A DNA stretch of 63,220 nt, the filler included. It is 7 parts of 7 records of this genome, joined end to end, with 100 filler letters (N's around TTAATTAATTAA, not from the genome) between each part and the next. Parts side by side here need not be neighbours in the genome. Positions count along the whole stretch, not along the records: positions 17,420 to 34,458 come from SRR31147125_4430; 6 more parts are not named here. One strand, 5' to 3'. Shown here one piece after another: positions 23,413 through 33,197 of this stretch. Within the stretch, counting starts at the first letter, position 1, and every line of letters starts with the position of its first letter. The notes under the pieces are model-generated. The model did no database searches. It saw nothing but the letters and a program-made list of their open reading frames with translations, and was not told the DNA's origin. The position numbers and the translations under genes were made by a program.

Positions 23413-23733
23413 ATGATTTGTCCCAAATGTAAAGCCGAGTATGTTCCCGGTATTGTGGAATGCGCTGATTGTCATATTCCTTTAGTGGATTTTTTACCCG
23501 AAGAGCCAGAGTATGTAGACAGGGCTGTTCCGGAATATGTAAAACTGGTGAGTGTTTACTCAGGATCTGATTTGGGACTTGTTGCTTTGGCGAAAACATT
23601 ACTGGATAATGCCGGTATTCCTTTTTATGTCAAAGGGGAACAATTGATGGCTAACAGGGGACCGCTTGTCATTCAGGTGGGGGAGAGTGATGTGCAGGAG
23701 GCTCGGGATATATTGCGGGAGTTGGGCAAGTAA
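23413..23733 (+). CDS. DUF2007-like protein with N-terminal Zn ribbon
   Basis: CPKC..EY......CADC, LAKTLLDNAGIP, IQV...D...ARDIL. Confidence 0.75.
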   Translation: MICPKCKAEYVPGIVECADCHIPLVDFLPEEPEYVDRAVPEYVKLVSVYSGSDLGLVALAKTLLDNAGIPFYVKGEQLMANRGPLVIQVGESDVQEARDILRELGK

Positions 23734-24298
23734 TATTAATTGATTTTTAAAACGATAGTGTCACTTTACTCCAATGACTAACCGGGCAATTAGCATATGA
23801 ACAAACAGATCTCGACATTTTAAAGCGCGCGTTTGATAATTTCCTTCGCTATGCTGAAAATAGTTTGGCATCATAGTCATGAAAAAAATGCCCTGTTTTT
23901 TGCAATTAAGCCAAATAGTGCAGTAATATGTGGACAATAAGGTATAAACACCGCTATTTTTATTCTAAGATTTGGAATTAACCATTAATTTTTGTATATT
24001 AACACAGCTGAAAGAGAATAAAATTAAATTTCTGTAAAAATTAACTACAATTGTGCACTATTTTGGGAGGAACATTATCTTTTTAAATACAATACAACAT
24101 TACATTGATCAACATAATCGGGTATTTCTGCAATTTTCTTCTGTCATTTTTTTTATCCTGCATTTTTGGTCCTTTTAACCTTTTTTCATTAAGCACAATA
24201 TTAATTTATTCTTTTCGATAATTCATAAGAATTGATGTCGCGTTGCACGCGTACGTTCAATTTTATTGTTATATTTTCATTTAATAGAAAGAGAACGA

Positions 24299-25492
24299 AT
24301 GTCTTTTTTTAAGCAAAGTTCGATGTTTAAATTTTTTGTATTATTCTTTATTATTACAATGGGTTTCATTCAATATACCCTTGCAGCTGACTCTTCATTT
24401 AAGGTTGGTGGCGCGGTTCGCTATAATATGTTGTTGACCGATTATGGGGATGATGAAATTAATGTGGCAGATGGAGAATTTTCCTGGGATACCTGGCGTC
24501 TGAACGTTTCCGGCATTAATTCAGCCGGTATTATTTTGGATTTTGAATATCGTTTTTATCCCACCTATGGAACACATTTTATTCATCACGGCTACTTTGG
24601 TTACGATGTAGCTGAAAATAATCAAATACAACTGGGTGTGCACCAGGTGCCATTTGGAGATCAAAACTGGGCTTCTCATAGTTGGTGGTTTTCCGGTGCC
24701 TATTACATGGGGCTGGAGGATGACTATGATATCGGACTAAAATATGTACGAACCGGTGAGGCATGGGATTTTACTCTTGCTTATTATAATCAAGCGGAAC
24801 CTGCCGGACCGTCGCCTACCTCTGTTGAAAAATGGCCGTCCTATGGTGTTGGCGGCTCCGGCCGTTATTCCTACGATATCATTCCCTCTGAGGGAAACAG
24901 TATCCGTGAACGAAATCAGTTCAATGCCCGCGCAGCCTACAAATTTCCTTTTGCCGGCAAAACGTCCGAAGTTGGATTTTCAGCACAGGTTGGCCAATTA
25001 TACAACAGTTTTTTAGATGATTACGGCTCACATTCTGCGTTCGCTCTACACCTTGATGCCAATATTAATCGATTCAACATCAAAGCGTTTGGCATTTACT
25101 ATAATCACACTGTAAAAAATGACGAGGGCGTAGAAACCGATCTTGTTTATATGGGTGCCTTCGGATGTGGTGTGTATCCTGTGGCGGCCGAAGCCATGGT
25201 GTATAATCTGGGTCTTGCCTATACAGTACCGGTCACTTTTGGTCCGGTCAGTAGTATAATGTTTTATAACGATTACACCTTGACCAATAAGGTCATGGAT
25301 TCATTTCATGACACACAGCAAAATATTTTAGGATGTCTGCTTTCCGCGGGCAGTGTGTATACCTATATTGATATCGCCATGGGAAAAAACCAACCATGGT
25401 TGACGAATTCGTTCGGTCAGGGCTTGGGGGCTGGTGATAAGGATGCTCCGTGGAACATTCGTTACAACATCAATTTTGGTTATTATTTTTAG
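24299..25492 (+). CDS. Outer-membrane porin-like protein heading the betaine ABC operon
   Basis: Signal peptide, KVGGAVRYN, aromatic-rich beta strands, C-terminal NINFGYYF. Confidence 0.75.
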   Translation: MSFFKQSSMFKFFVLFFIITMGFIQYTLAADSSFKVGGAVRYNMLLTDYGDDEINVADGEFSWDTWRLNVSGINSAGIILDFEYRFYPTYGTHFIHHGYFGYDVAENNQIQLGVHQVPFGDQNWASHSWWFSGAYYMGLEDDYDIGLKYVRTGEAWDFTLAYYNQAEPAGPSPTSVEKWPSYGVGGSGRYSYDIIPSEGNSIRERNQFNARAAYKFPFAGKTSEVGFSAQVGQLYNSFLDDYGSHSAFALHLDANINRFNIKAFGIYYNHTVKNDEGVETDLVYMGAFGCGVYPVAAEAMVYNLGLAYTVPVTFGPVSSIMFYNDYTLTNKVMDSFHDTQQNILGCLLSAGSVYTYIDIAMGKNQPWLTNSFGQGLGAGDKDAPWNIRYNINFGYYF

Positions 25493-25503
25493 GGAAAACG
25501 CAT

Positions 25504-26730
25504 ATGAACTATTTAAAAGTCAAAAATTTGTACAAAGTGTTTGGCAACAATCCACAAAAGGCGTTTCCATTGATTGAAAAAGGAGTGTCAAAAGAGGACA
25601 TCCTTGAAAAAACGGGCAATACTGTGGCCGTCAATAATGCGACATTTTCCATTAATAAAAGAGAGATTTTTGTCATTATGGGTCTGTCCGGAAGTGGCAA
25701 GTCCACGGTTATTCGCTGTCTCAACCGGCTTATAAAACCAACGAGCGGCGAAATCCTGCTTGATGGACAAAATATTGCGACGATGAACGCCAAAGAGCTG
25801 CAACAAATGCGGCGCACTACCATGTCTATGGTTTTTCAGCATTTCGGCTTGTTACCGCACCGTACTGTCCTTAGAAATATGGAATACGGATTGGAAATTT
25901 CCGGAACTCCAAAGGAAGAACGCGAAAAAAAAGCACGGGAAGCTCTGGAACTGGTGGGATTAAAGGGTTACGAGGAAAGCATGCCCAAAGAGTTGAGCGG
26001 TGGCATGCAGCAACGTGTTGGATTGGCACGCGCGCTGGCCAATGATCCCGAAATCCTGTTGATGGATGAAGCCTTTAGCGCCCTGGATCCACTCATTCGA
26101 TCCAATATGCAGGATGAGTTGTTGGATCTGCAATCCAAAATGCATAAAACTATCGTGTTTATTACACACGATCTGGATGAAGCACTTAAAATTGGTGATC
26201 GCATTGCCATAATGGGACCTGGTGGAAAAGTGATTCAAATCGGTACCCCGGAAGAGATCCTGACGGATCCGGCTGATGATTACATCCAGGCATTTATACA
26301 AAATGTCGATCGCACTCGAGTGTTGACCGCATCAACAATTATGCGTAAACCGCAATCCATTACATTACCCAAAGACGGACCAAAGGTCGCGATTCGAATG
26401 ATGGAAAAGGTGGGCATGTCCACACTTTTTGCTGTAGGCAGTGACCGTGTGTTAAAAGGTATGGTCCGTATTGACGATGTTGTTAAAATTGCCAAAAAAG
26501 AAAAAGAAAGCATTAATCCGGTGCTGATTGAAGACGTGTATCTCACACAACCGGATACACCTATTGCCGATTTGTTGCAGATTGCGCTGGTTACTAAAGA
26601 TCCGATTGCCGTAGTAGATGACAAATATAGGTTGGTTGGCGTTGTGGATCGTGCCACTATTATTGCAGAGGTCGGTGACGATGAGTCTGAAGTAATAGAA
26701 CCGACATCGTTAAGTGAAGTACAATCGTGA
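25504..26730 (+). CDS. proV: Glycine betaine/proline ABC transporter ATPase with CBS domains
   Basis: IFVIMGLSGSGKST, LSGGMQQRVGLARALA, LMDEAFSALDPLIR. Confidence 0.95.
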   Translation: MNYLKVKNLYKVFGNNPQKAFPLIEKGVSKEDILEKTGNTVAVNNATFSINKREIFVIMGLSGSGKSTVIRCLNRLIKPTSGEILLDGQNIATMNAKELQQMRRTTMSMVFQHFGLLPHRTVLRNMEYGLEISGTPKEEREKKAREALELVGLKGYEESMPKELSGGMQQRVGLARALANDPEILLMDEAFSALDPLIRSNMQDELLDLQSKMHKTIVFITHDLDEALKIGDRIAIMGPGGKVIQIGTPEEILTDPADDYIQAFIQNVDRTRVLTASTIMRKPQSITLPKDGPKVAIRMMEKVGMSTLFAVGSDRVLKGMVRIDDVVKIAKKEKESINPVLIEDVYLTQPDTPIADLLQIALVTKDPIAVVDDKYRLVGVVDRATIIAEVGDDESEVIEPTSLSEVQS

Positions 26731-26754
26731 TTGACAATTTAAGGAGAACTCTCC

Positions 26755-27588
26755 ATGATTGATTTAAAAATCGGAGAATCGTTTGAATACATTATCAACT
26801 GGCTGACAGAGAATTTTTCCGGATTTTTTGATGGAATAAGTCAGACAATTTCCGGCATTTTGAGCGGCTTTGAGTGGACTTTGTTGCTTTTGCATCCGCT
26901 GGCGGTTATCGTACTGTTTGCGGTGCTGGCCTGGTTTACTGCCGGCCGCGGTATTGCCATTTTTTCCCTCATTGGCTTCTTGCTGATTTACAATTTAGGA
27001 TTTTGGGTTGCAACGATGGAAACACTGGCTCTTGTTCTGACTGCGGTGCTGGTCGCTCTTGTTTTTGCGATTCCTATTGGTATCTGGGCGGCCAAAAGCA
27101 ATACGGCCCAGAAATTCGTGCGCCCCATTTTGGATTTTATGCAGACTCTACCGGCATTTGTTTATCTGATTCCGGCGGTGCTGTTTTTTAAACTGGGTGA
27201 AGTGCCGGCTGTGGTTTCTACGCTGATTTTTGCGTTGCCACCGGCAGTACGTCTTACCAACCTGGGTATTCGTCAGGTACCCAAAGATATTAAAGAAGCC
27301 GGCAGATCGTTTGGTTCCACGTCGAAACAAATTCTGTTCAAAGTGGAATTACCAGTGGCGTTGCCGACCATTCTGGCGGGCATCAACCAAACCATCATGC
27401 TGGCTCTTTCAATGGTTGTGATTGCCGGGATGATTGGCGCTGGTGGGCTTGGCAATGAAGTATTAAAAGGAATTACACAGCTGCAAATAGGCCTGGGCTT
27501 TGAGAGCGGGATCGCCATTGTGATCCTGGCGATTTTCTTGGATCGCGTCACTCAGGCACTGGGACAGGCAAGCAGTAAAAATAGATAA
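26755..27588 (+). CDS. proW: Glycine betaine ABC transporter permease
   Basis: RPILDFMQTLPAFVYLIP, RLTNLGIRQV, AGINQTIMLALSMVVIA. Confidence 0.95.
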   Translation: MIDLKIGESFEYIINWLTENFSGFFDGISQTISGILSGFEWTLLLLHPLAVIVLFAVLAWFTAGRGIAIFSLIGFLLIYNLGFWVATMETLALVLTAVLVALVFAIPIGIWAAKSNTAQKFVRPILDFMQTLPAFVYLIPAVLFFKLGEVPAVVSTLIFALPPAVRLTNLGIRQVPKDIKEAGRSFGSTSKQILFKVELPVALPTILAGINQTIMLALSMVVIAGMIGAGGLGNEVLKGITQLQIGLGFESGIAIVILAIFLDRVTQALGQASSKNR

Positions 27589-27610
27589 CAAAACAGGAGT
27601 AATTAACAGT

Positions 27611-28480
27611 ATGTTGAAAAAAATAAAAATAGTGATAACTGGTATCTTTCTTGCGGTGACAATAATGTCCATGATACAGTGTAACCAAAAGGTTACCAAT
27701 GGGAAAGAAGCGAATCTTGTGTACGTTAACTGGGCTGAAGGTGTAGCCTATACTAATTTGGTCAAAGTGGTTTTGGAAGAAAAACTGGGATATACGGTTA
27801 AAATTACCGCCGCTGATGTCGGTCCGGCATATACGTCCGTTGCCCAGGGTGATCAGGATGCGTTTATGGAAACCTGGCTGCCGGTGTTGCATGAAGATTA
27901 TGTTGAACGCTATAAAGACGATATTTTGGACCTGGGACACATTTACGAAGGCACGCAAGTTGGCTGGGTGGTACCGTCTTATGTCACCATTGACAAAATT
28001 TCAGAGATGAATAGTGTCAGGAACAAGTTTGACGGCAAGATTATTGGAATCGATGCAGGTGCCGGCATAATGAAAAACAGTGAACAATTGATCGACGAGT
28101 ACAATCTCGATTACAAAGTGATCGCTTCCAGTGGTCCGGCTATGACCGCAGCACTGCAGGATGCGATTAAAAACAAAGAATGGATCGTCGTCACTGGCTG
28201 GAGTCCACACTGGATGTTTGGCCGCTGGGATCTAAAATACCTAAAGCAGGACGAAGATAAAGAGTTGTGGACCCTTGGCAATATCCACATTATGGGCCGT
28301 AAAAACCTCGAACAGGATAAACCCGAATTGGCGCAATTTCTAAAAAACATGTTTTTTACCGATGCCCAGCTTGGTGATTTGATGCTAAAAGTCAAAGAAT
28401 CTAAAAAAGATATATCTATAGTGGTACGTCAATGGATGAATGACAATCCCGATGTTATCAATTCCTGGTTACCACAATAA
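27611..28480 (+). CDS. proX: Glycine betaine ABC substrate-binding protein
   Basis: YVNWAEG, ETWLP, IIGIDAGAG, TGWSPHWMF aromatic-cage motifs. Confidence 0.93.
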   Translation: MLKKIKIVITGIFLAVTIMSMIQCNQKVTNGKEANLVYVNWAEGVAYTNLVKVVLEEKLGYTVKITAADVGPAYTSVAQGDQDAFMETWLPVLHEDYVERYKDDILDLGHIYEGTQVGWVVPSYVTIDKISEMNSVRNKFDGKIIGIDAGAGIMKNSEQLIDEYNLDYKVIASSGPAMTAALQDAIKNKEWIVVTGWSPHWMFGRWDLKYLKQDEDKELWTLGNIHIMGRKNLEQDKPELAQFLKNMFFTDAQLGDLMLKVKESKKDISIVVRQWMNDNPDVINSWLPQ

Positions 28481-28487
28481 ATTGTTT

Positions 28488-28517
28488 TTCGGGAGTGCGG
28501 AATTTTGCGCTCCCGAA
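28488..28517 (+). terminator. Hairpin/terminator after proX
   Basis: TTCGGGAGTGC / GCGCTCCCGAA inverted repeat. Confidence 0.6.
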
Positions 28518-28913
28518 TTATTGCAATTCCGCTCTAACCAGATGGCATGTCTCTCCGATTTTACTCCATTCTTATGTTTTGGTTTTTATTAAAGCCTGCC
28601 ATTTTGTTTGCACACCGATAAATGATTCGCAAGAGATATATGAAACTTTAACTTGTTGCTTACCTCATCGTGATATTGATTTTTTATGTTGTTTTGGGAA
28701 ATGTCATGGATTTATGTGGTGATTGTTTTTACAACAGTTTATTGAATTTTTATTCTTTTCTGGGAGAATTAGGACAATCATATCCATGCCGGAGTCTTTA
28801 CCCCAACAGGGATTGAAAAAAGGTGTTAATCCAATATTATGAACCATAAATTTAATGGGGATGGATTCGTGAGAGTGGTAGCCTGATAGGCGACAAAGAT
28901 GTGCTTTGGCACT

Positions 28914-28970
28914 CCCGAAGGGGGCGGAAGCCCTATTTATTTACTGCCCAGGGAAAGGAATCCCTGGGCG
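28914..28970. repeat. Cluster of GC-rich hairpins (REP-like or terminator)
   Basis: CCCGAAGGG, GGGC-GGAA-GCCC and a perfect GCCCAGGGA / TCCCTGGGC stem in AT-rich DNA. Confidence 0.45.
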
Positions 28971-29006
28971 ATCGGTATAGTTTATAAGCTTTACTTGTTT
29001 ATTTTG

Positions 29007-29156
29007 TCACTGTCCATTTTCTAATTTTTTCGAGATCTTTTCCACAGCATGAACAAGCCGGTTAAAAAGAGTTATAAAGTAGACAATTAATACTAATACA
29101 ACTAACATTGGTACAATTGAAAGTAATAACACAATACCTTCAGGAAAACATGCCAT
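29007..29156 (-). CDS. Unannotated 49-aa single-pass membrane protein
   Basis: MACFPEGIVLLLSIVPMLVVLVLIVYFITLFNRLVHAVEKISKKLENGQ, preceded by AAAGGA RBS. Confidence 0.65.
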   Translation of the reverse strand: MACFPEGIVLLLSIVPMLVVLVLIVYFITLFNRLVHAVEKISKKLENGQ

Positions 29157-29241
29157 GATTTATTCCTTTTATGTTTTTGATTTGTTATAAAAGTTAATTA
29201 TTTGTTTCGAATTGTTTATCTCTGAGTAATTTCATTTAGAA

Positions 29242-29814
29242 TCACCATTGAAGTACTCTATCCTGTGCCAATAATTCATTCAATCTTTTCTCGATGATTT
29301 TTTTCTTATTCTTTTCACGCAGATTAACCATTTCTTTTAATTTTACCAGTTCCGTTTCGAGTTTTTTAATTCTCTCAAGCTTTTTTGCTTCACGTAAATC
29401 AAAGAGTTCAGTTAATTTGTTTTTTAGTTCTACCATAATCTCATTTTTTTGTGATTTATTGTTTTTATCCTGATAATCACTTGCCAGCTTTTGACATTGA
29501 TGTTCCAATTCATTCTGTTTCATTATTTCTATATTATTGTAACGTGTCCATAACTGTGCTAGAGCTTTTTCATACATTAAAGGGGCTTTAGTTTTAAAGT
29601 CCATAATATCCTCAAACGCAAGAGGATCGTAGAGCTTTACTTTTTCTAAAACGGTGTTTTTCCAATCCGGCCCCAGTTCAAGTTTGATTTTTTCTAAATT
29701 TTTATCCTCATATTCTACTGTTTCACTTCCCGTATATTGGGCCCATCCATTTGAAAGCAAGACTAACAAGATGGTAAAGTAGAATTTGCCAATTGATTTT
29801 AATAAAGATATCAT
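29242..29814 (-). CDS. Secreted helical/coiled-coil hypothetical protein
   Basis: Signal peptide, charged heptads, LFDLRE motif; third gene of the ECF unit; AGGAG RBS. Confidence 0.7.
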   Translation of the reverse strand: MISLLKSIGKFYFTILLVLLSNGWAQYTGSETVEYEDKNLEKIKLELGPDWKNTVLEKVKLYDPLAFEDIMDFKTKAPLMYEKALAQLWTRYNNIEIMKQNELEHQCQKLASDYQDKNNKSQKNEIMVELKNKLTELFDLREAKKLERIKKLETELVKLKEMVNLREKNKKKIIEKRLNELLAQDRVLQW

Positions 29815-29833
29815 TATTGAAGCTCCTGAATTT

Positions 29834-30445
29834 TTAAAAATTCAAATTGTTTAATTCTCGTGAGAGTGAATAAATGTCCTTTTCAATTCGTTCCATTTTG
29901 TCATCTAAATTAGATTCTGTAAGAAACAGGACGTTTTGTTCATCCAAAACAACAATCTCTGTTATTTCTTTTTGAAAAGTAAACTGGTTTATTTTCTCTC
30001 CAAGCGAATCCAGTGAGTCCTCCAGGCCACTATCCCATTCTAAAAGAAATTCATTATCAGCCAGCAGGATGGACGTTCGTGTTGCAAACGGCGGATTATT
30101 TATGAACAGTATTCCAAGAATGAAAACACTCAGAACAAGGGGCACTAAAGCAATGCGCCATTTGAGTCGAATGAAAAGTTTAAAAGCTTCAAAAAATCTA
30201 GCTGGACGAACAGATATTAGCTTAAATCGACTTATTGCAGGCTGTTGCAGCTCTGTACAAACTGCCGGATCCAGTTCTTCCTGCGGCAGACTGTGGACAA
30301 ATTTTTTCGCCTCCTTTAAAACCGCAAGTTCGGTTTGGCAATCGGCACATTTTAACAGATGGGTTTCGAAACGTTTTTTCTCATCTGTTTCCAGTTCGTT
30401 ATAAAGATAAAGAATTCCCCATTCACTGTATTTGTCACAAAACAT
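29834..30445 (-). CDS. Zinc-finger (zf-HC2) anti-sigma factor
   Basis: FETHLLKCADC (HxxxCxxC) plus one TM helix; overlaps the sigma gene stop. Confidence 0.85.
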   Translation of the reverse strand: MFCDKYSEWGILYLYNELETDEKKRFETHLLKCADCQTELAVLKEAKKFVHSLPQEELDPAVCTELQQPAISRFKLISVRPARFFEAFKLFIRLKWRIALVPLVLSVFILGILFINNPPFATRTSILLADNEFLLEWDSGLEDSLDSLGEKINQFTFQKEITEIVVLDEQNVLFLTESNLDDKMERIEKDIYSLSRELNNLNF

Positions 30446-31022
30446 TGGAAACATCCTCTCCAATACCAGATTTTATAATTTTTCGCAAATTTAATAACGC
30501 ATAGCGCATTCTGCCTAAAACGGTATTTAATGGGCAATCGAGCATGTTTGCTATTTCCTTAAACGATAAATCGCTGTGTTCTCTTAATAACAGGATTTGT
30601 TTTTGTTCGATCGGAAGCTTTTGAAGCGCTGTTCTCAATATCTGTTGCTGTTCCTTATTTTGCAATATGTCGGCCGGCGAAACTGCCGGATCAGGAATGT
30701 CTTTTAATAGATCGGCATCTGCATCGGTGAACAAGGTATCTGTTTCCATTTTTGATCTGCGCTTTTTTTTACGCAGATAGTCTATGGATATAGCATTGGC
30801 AATGCTAAATAGCCAGTTGACGAATTTACCGCGTTCCTGATAATCGGGCAGTGCCTTAAGGACCTTAATGAATACATCCTGAAATATATCCTTTGCTGCT
30901 TCCTGGTCGCCCACCATTCGATACAAATAAGAAAATAACGGACGACGATACCGATCAACCAGTATTGCAAAAGCCTGATCATGTCCATTGTTGTAGCGAA
31001 TGATTAATTCAGTATCGGTCAT
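30435..31022 (-). CDS. ECF sigma-70 factor
   Basis: DIFQDVFIK, WLFSIA, LSFKEIA, PLNTVLGRMRYAL. Confidence 0.93.
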   Translation of the reverse strand: MTDTELIIRYNNGHDQAFAILVDRYRRPLFSYLYRMVGDQEAAKDIFQDVFIKVLKALPDYQERGKFVNWLFSIANAISIDYLRKKKRRSKMETDTLFTDADADLLKDIPDPAVSPADILQNKEQQQILRTALQKLPIEQKQILLLREHSDLSFKEIANMLDCPLNTVLGRMRYALLNLRKIIKSGIGEDVSNVL

Positions 31023-31282
31023 AGATTGAATTCTTATTACCAGCAGAAAAAGTTGTCTTTATAAAGTAAACGTTTGTAACCTGATTTTATTGTGTGAAAA
31101 ATTAAATTAAATAAAAAAAATGATATGTGCTTGATTAAAAATATATAAGCTATAATTGAAGGAATTAATTGATGATATGCAGGAAAAACGAGTGGTCCTT
31201 AAAAGCTACATGATTGTATTGCGTGGAGAGCCCCAAGCAACTCTGGATGAAAATTAAAACGACACAGTCGTTTTGCTATAAA

Positions 31283-32281
31283 TTATCCCAAACTTGCAAA
31301 CGGGGATATTATTTCCACTCCGGGAAATTCTTTTTGAATTCGTTCAATGTCTTGATGTTGAAATAACAGTTTTATATTTGGACCTGCATCCATGGTGAAA
31401 TAGAGGGAGAGCCCTTGTTGTCGTAGGTGCCATATTTTATGCATGGTGGCTACGGATTGGGGCAGCCAGTACAGGATCGGCGGCCAGGTATTTATCATGG
31501 TAGCGTGCATTGCTAAAGCGTTGGATTCCGCAGTTTCGCCAAGGAGTTTGAAATCTTTAGATTTAATGGCTGTTTTTATGTCTTTTAGATCGTTTTTGAC
31601 TTTTTGTGGCCAGGATTTATACAGTTCGGATGTTTCGGTTGTTTGCTTCATTCCGCTTCTGGAGCTGACTGGTTTTGTTGCCTCTGAAATTTTTATCAAT
31701 CCCAGACAAAGATCAGGCCATGTATAGGGCAGGGGCTCGGCAAAACTGTCCAGACTGTTTGCCGATTTGCCGGCATGCCATTCGACAAATCCTTCGTATA
31801 TGGATCGGCACGCACTACCGCTGCCAAGGCGGGCCAGGATGGAGAGTTGTTTTTTATCCAGGTTCCAGCCCAACAGGTCATCCAGGGCACAAATCAGGGC
31901 TGCAAAACCGGATGCCGAAGAGGCCAGACCAGCTGCAGTGGGGATCGTGTTGGTCGTTTTTACTGTGAAATATTGATATTGTTTGCTGCGAAAGAGATTT
32001 AAATAGGAACTGATGCGCTTTGCAAAGTCTGTGTTTATATCTACTTTCTTATCGTTTAAAAAGATAATATCATGGTCATCATTAAGCGAAATTTTGGTAG
32101 ATGTGCCAAGCTGGCCAAGAGAAACAGACAGGCTGGAGGTTATAGGGAGATTCAGTTCCTTGTCCCGCTTTCCCCAGTATTTGCATAGCGCGATATTGGC
32201 AGGAGCAAAAGCGTTACCCTGATTTTTTACTTTTGATTCTTTATGCAGCAAGACAAATCTGACAACTTCTTTTTTAGTCAA
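31283..32281 (-). CDS. mvaD: Diphosphomevalonate decarboxylase
   Basis: NIALCKYWGK, PTAAGLASSASG, RLGSGSACRS, FTMDAGPN. Confidence 0.95.
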   Translation of the reverse strand: MTKKEVVRFVLLHKESKVKNQGNAFAPANIALCKYWGKRDKELNLPITSSLSVSLGQLGTSTKISLNDDHDIIFLNDKKVDINTDFAKRISSYLNLFRSKQYQYFTVKTTNTIPTAAGLASSASGFAALICALDDLLGWNLDKKQLSILARLGSGSACRSIYEGFVEWHAGKSANSLDSFAEPLPYTWPDLCLGLIKISEATKPVSSRSGMKQTTETSELYKSWPQKVKNDLKDIKTAIKSKDFKLLGETAESNALAMHATMINTWPPILYWLPQSVATMHKIWHLRQQGLSLYFTMDAGPNIKLLFQHQDIERIQKEFPGVEIISPFASLG

Positions 32282-33197
32282 AAAGCACCCCCTGTGAGGA
32301 TATTTGTAATGGAATGAATTGATACGGCAGGTTATTTTGTCGTGATGCTCCGAGGCCGATAACGCAGTCGCCTAATCCTGAGCCGGATATTTTGGCACCC
32401 AATATATCGGGATCGTTACGTAAATCGTAAACAATGTCGGATAACACTTTATTGTTTACGCCAATCGCATCCATCAGGCCCTGGTTGATATTGAGTATTT
32501 GTCCCAATTGTGGCCAGTTTTGAGCCTGGATGGCCTCTGCTGCGGATTCTGTGCATTGTCCCATGAGTTCGAATATATTTTTAAACAAAGCCGGATTAGA
32601 ACGGCTGGTGTCATTAACTTTACTAATAACCTCCACTGTCGGTGTTTTACTACCGGAATAAACGACAGTAATGGGATAGGTAGAATCTAAAGACTGAATC
32701 CTTCTCGGCTGCATCTGGTATAAAAGGACGCCGCCATAAACACTGGCTGCCAGATCCGCTCCGGAACCTGTTCCCTGTATAGATCGTATTGTGTGAAATG
32801 CTTTATCAAATAGTCTGTTTTTATCCAATTTTTGTTGGGTAAGAGAAAAAAGAGCGGCTGTCATTGCGGCTGAAATGGCAGCAGACGAACCAAGTCCAAC
32901 GTTGTGAGAAAAATCAGACGTGATCGTGAGGTCGAATCCGGTGGATAAAAAATCTTTTTCCTGCTCAATAGCTTTGAGAACAAATTTGAAGGATGGATGC
33001 ATCTCCATATTTTTCAGACTGGTGCTAAATTGTCCCAGGTCTGAGTTGATATTTATAGTGGAATCCGGTCGTTTTTTTAACGTCACGAACATACGTTGAT
33101 TCACGGCACAGACAATGCACGGATGGCCGTGCAGGACAGCGTGTTCGCCCAGCATCATCAGTTTGCCTGGTGCGGAGACTCTAAAGGATTCTGGCAC
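32274..33197 (-). CDS. GHMP kinase, probable phosphomevalonate kinase
   Basis: PGKLMMLGEH, GLGSSAA, GSGAD and GAKISGSGLGDC; sits between mevalonate kinase and mvaD. Confidence 0.75.
   Translation of the reverse strand: MPESFRVSAPGKLMMLGEHAVLHGHPCIVCAVNQRMFVTLKKRPDSTININSDLGQFSTSLKNMEMHPSFKFVLKAIEQEKDFLSTGFDLTITSDFSHNVGLGSSAAISAAMTAALFSLTQQKLDKNRLFDKAFHTIRSIQGTGSGADLAASVYGGVLLYQMQPRRIQSLDSTYPITVVYSGSKTPTVEVISKVNDTSRSNPALFKNIFELMGQCTESAAEAIQAQNWPQLGQILNINQGLMDAIGVNNKVLSDIVYDLRNDPDILGAKISGSGLGDCVIGLGASRQNNLPYQFIPLQISSQGVLFD

Noticed and set aside
28495..28722. 75-aa ORF after proX
   Set aside because: Starts inside the terminator hairpin, has no RBS and an atypical composition.
28855..28915. 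GGGGATGGATTC as a fluoride riboswitch
   Set aside because: The pairing segment and the downstream GATGA..CT motif are missing, and no fluoride-related gene follows.
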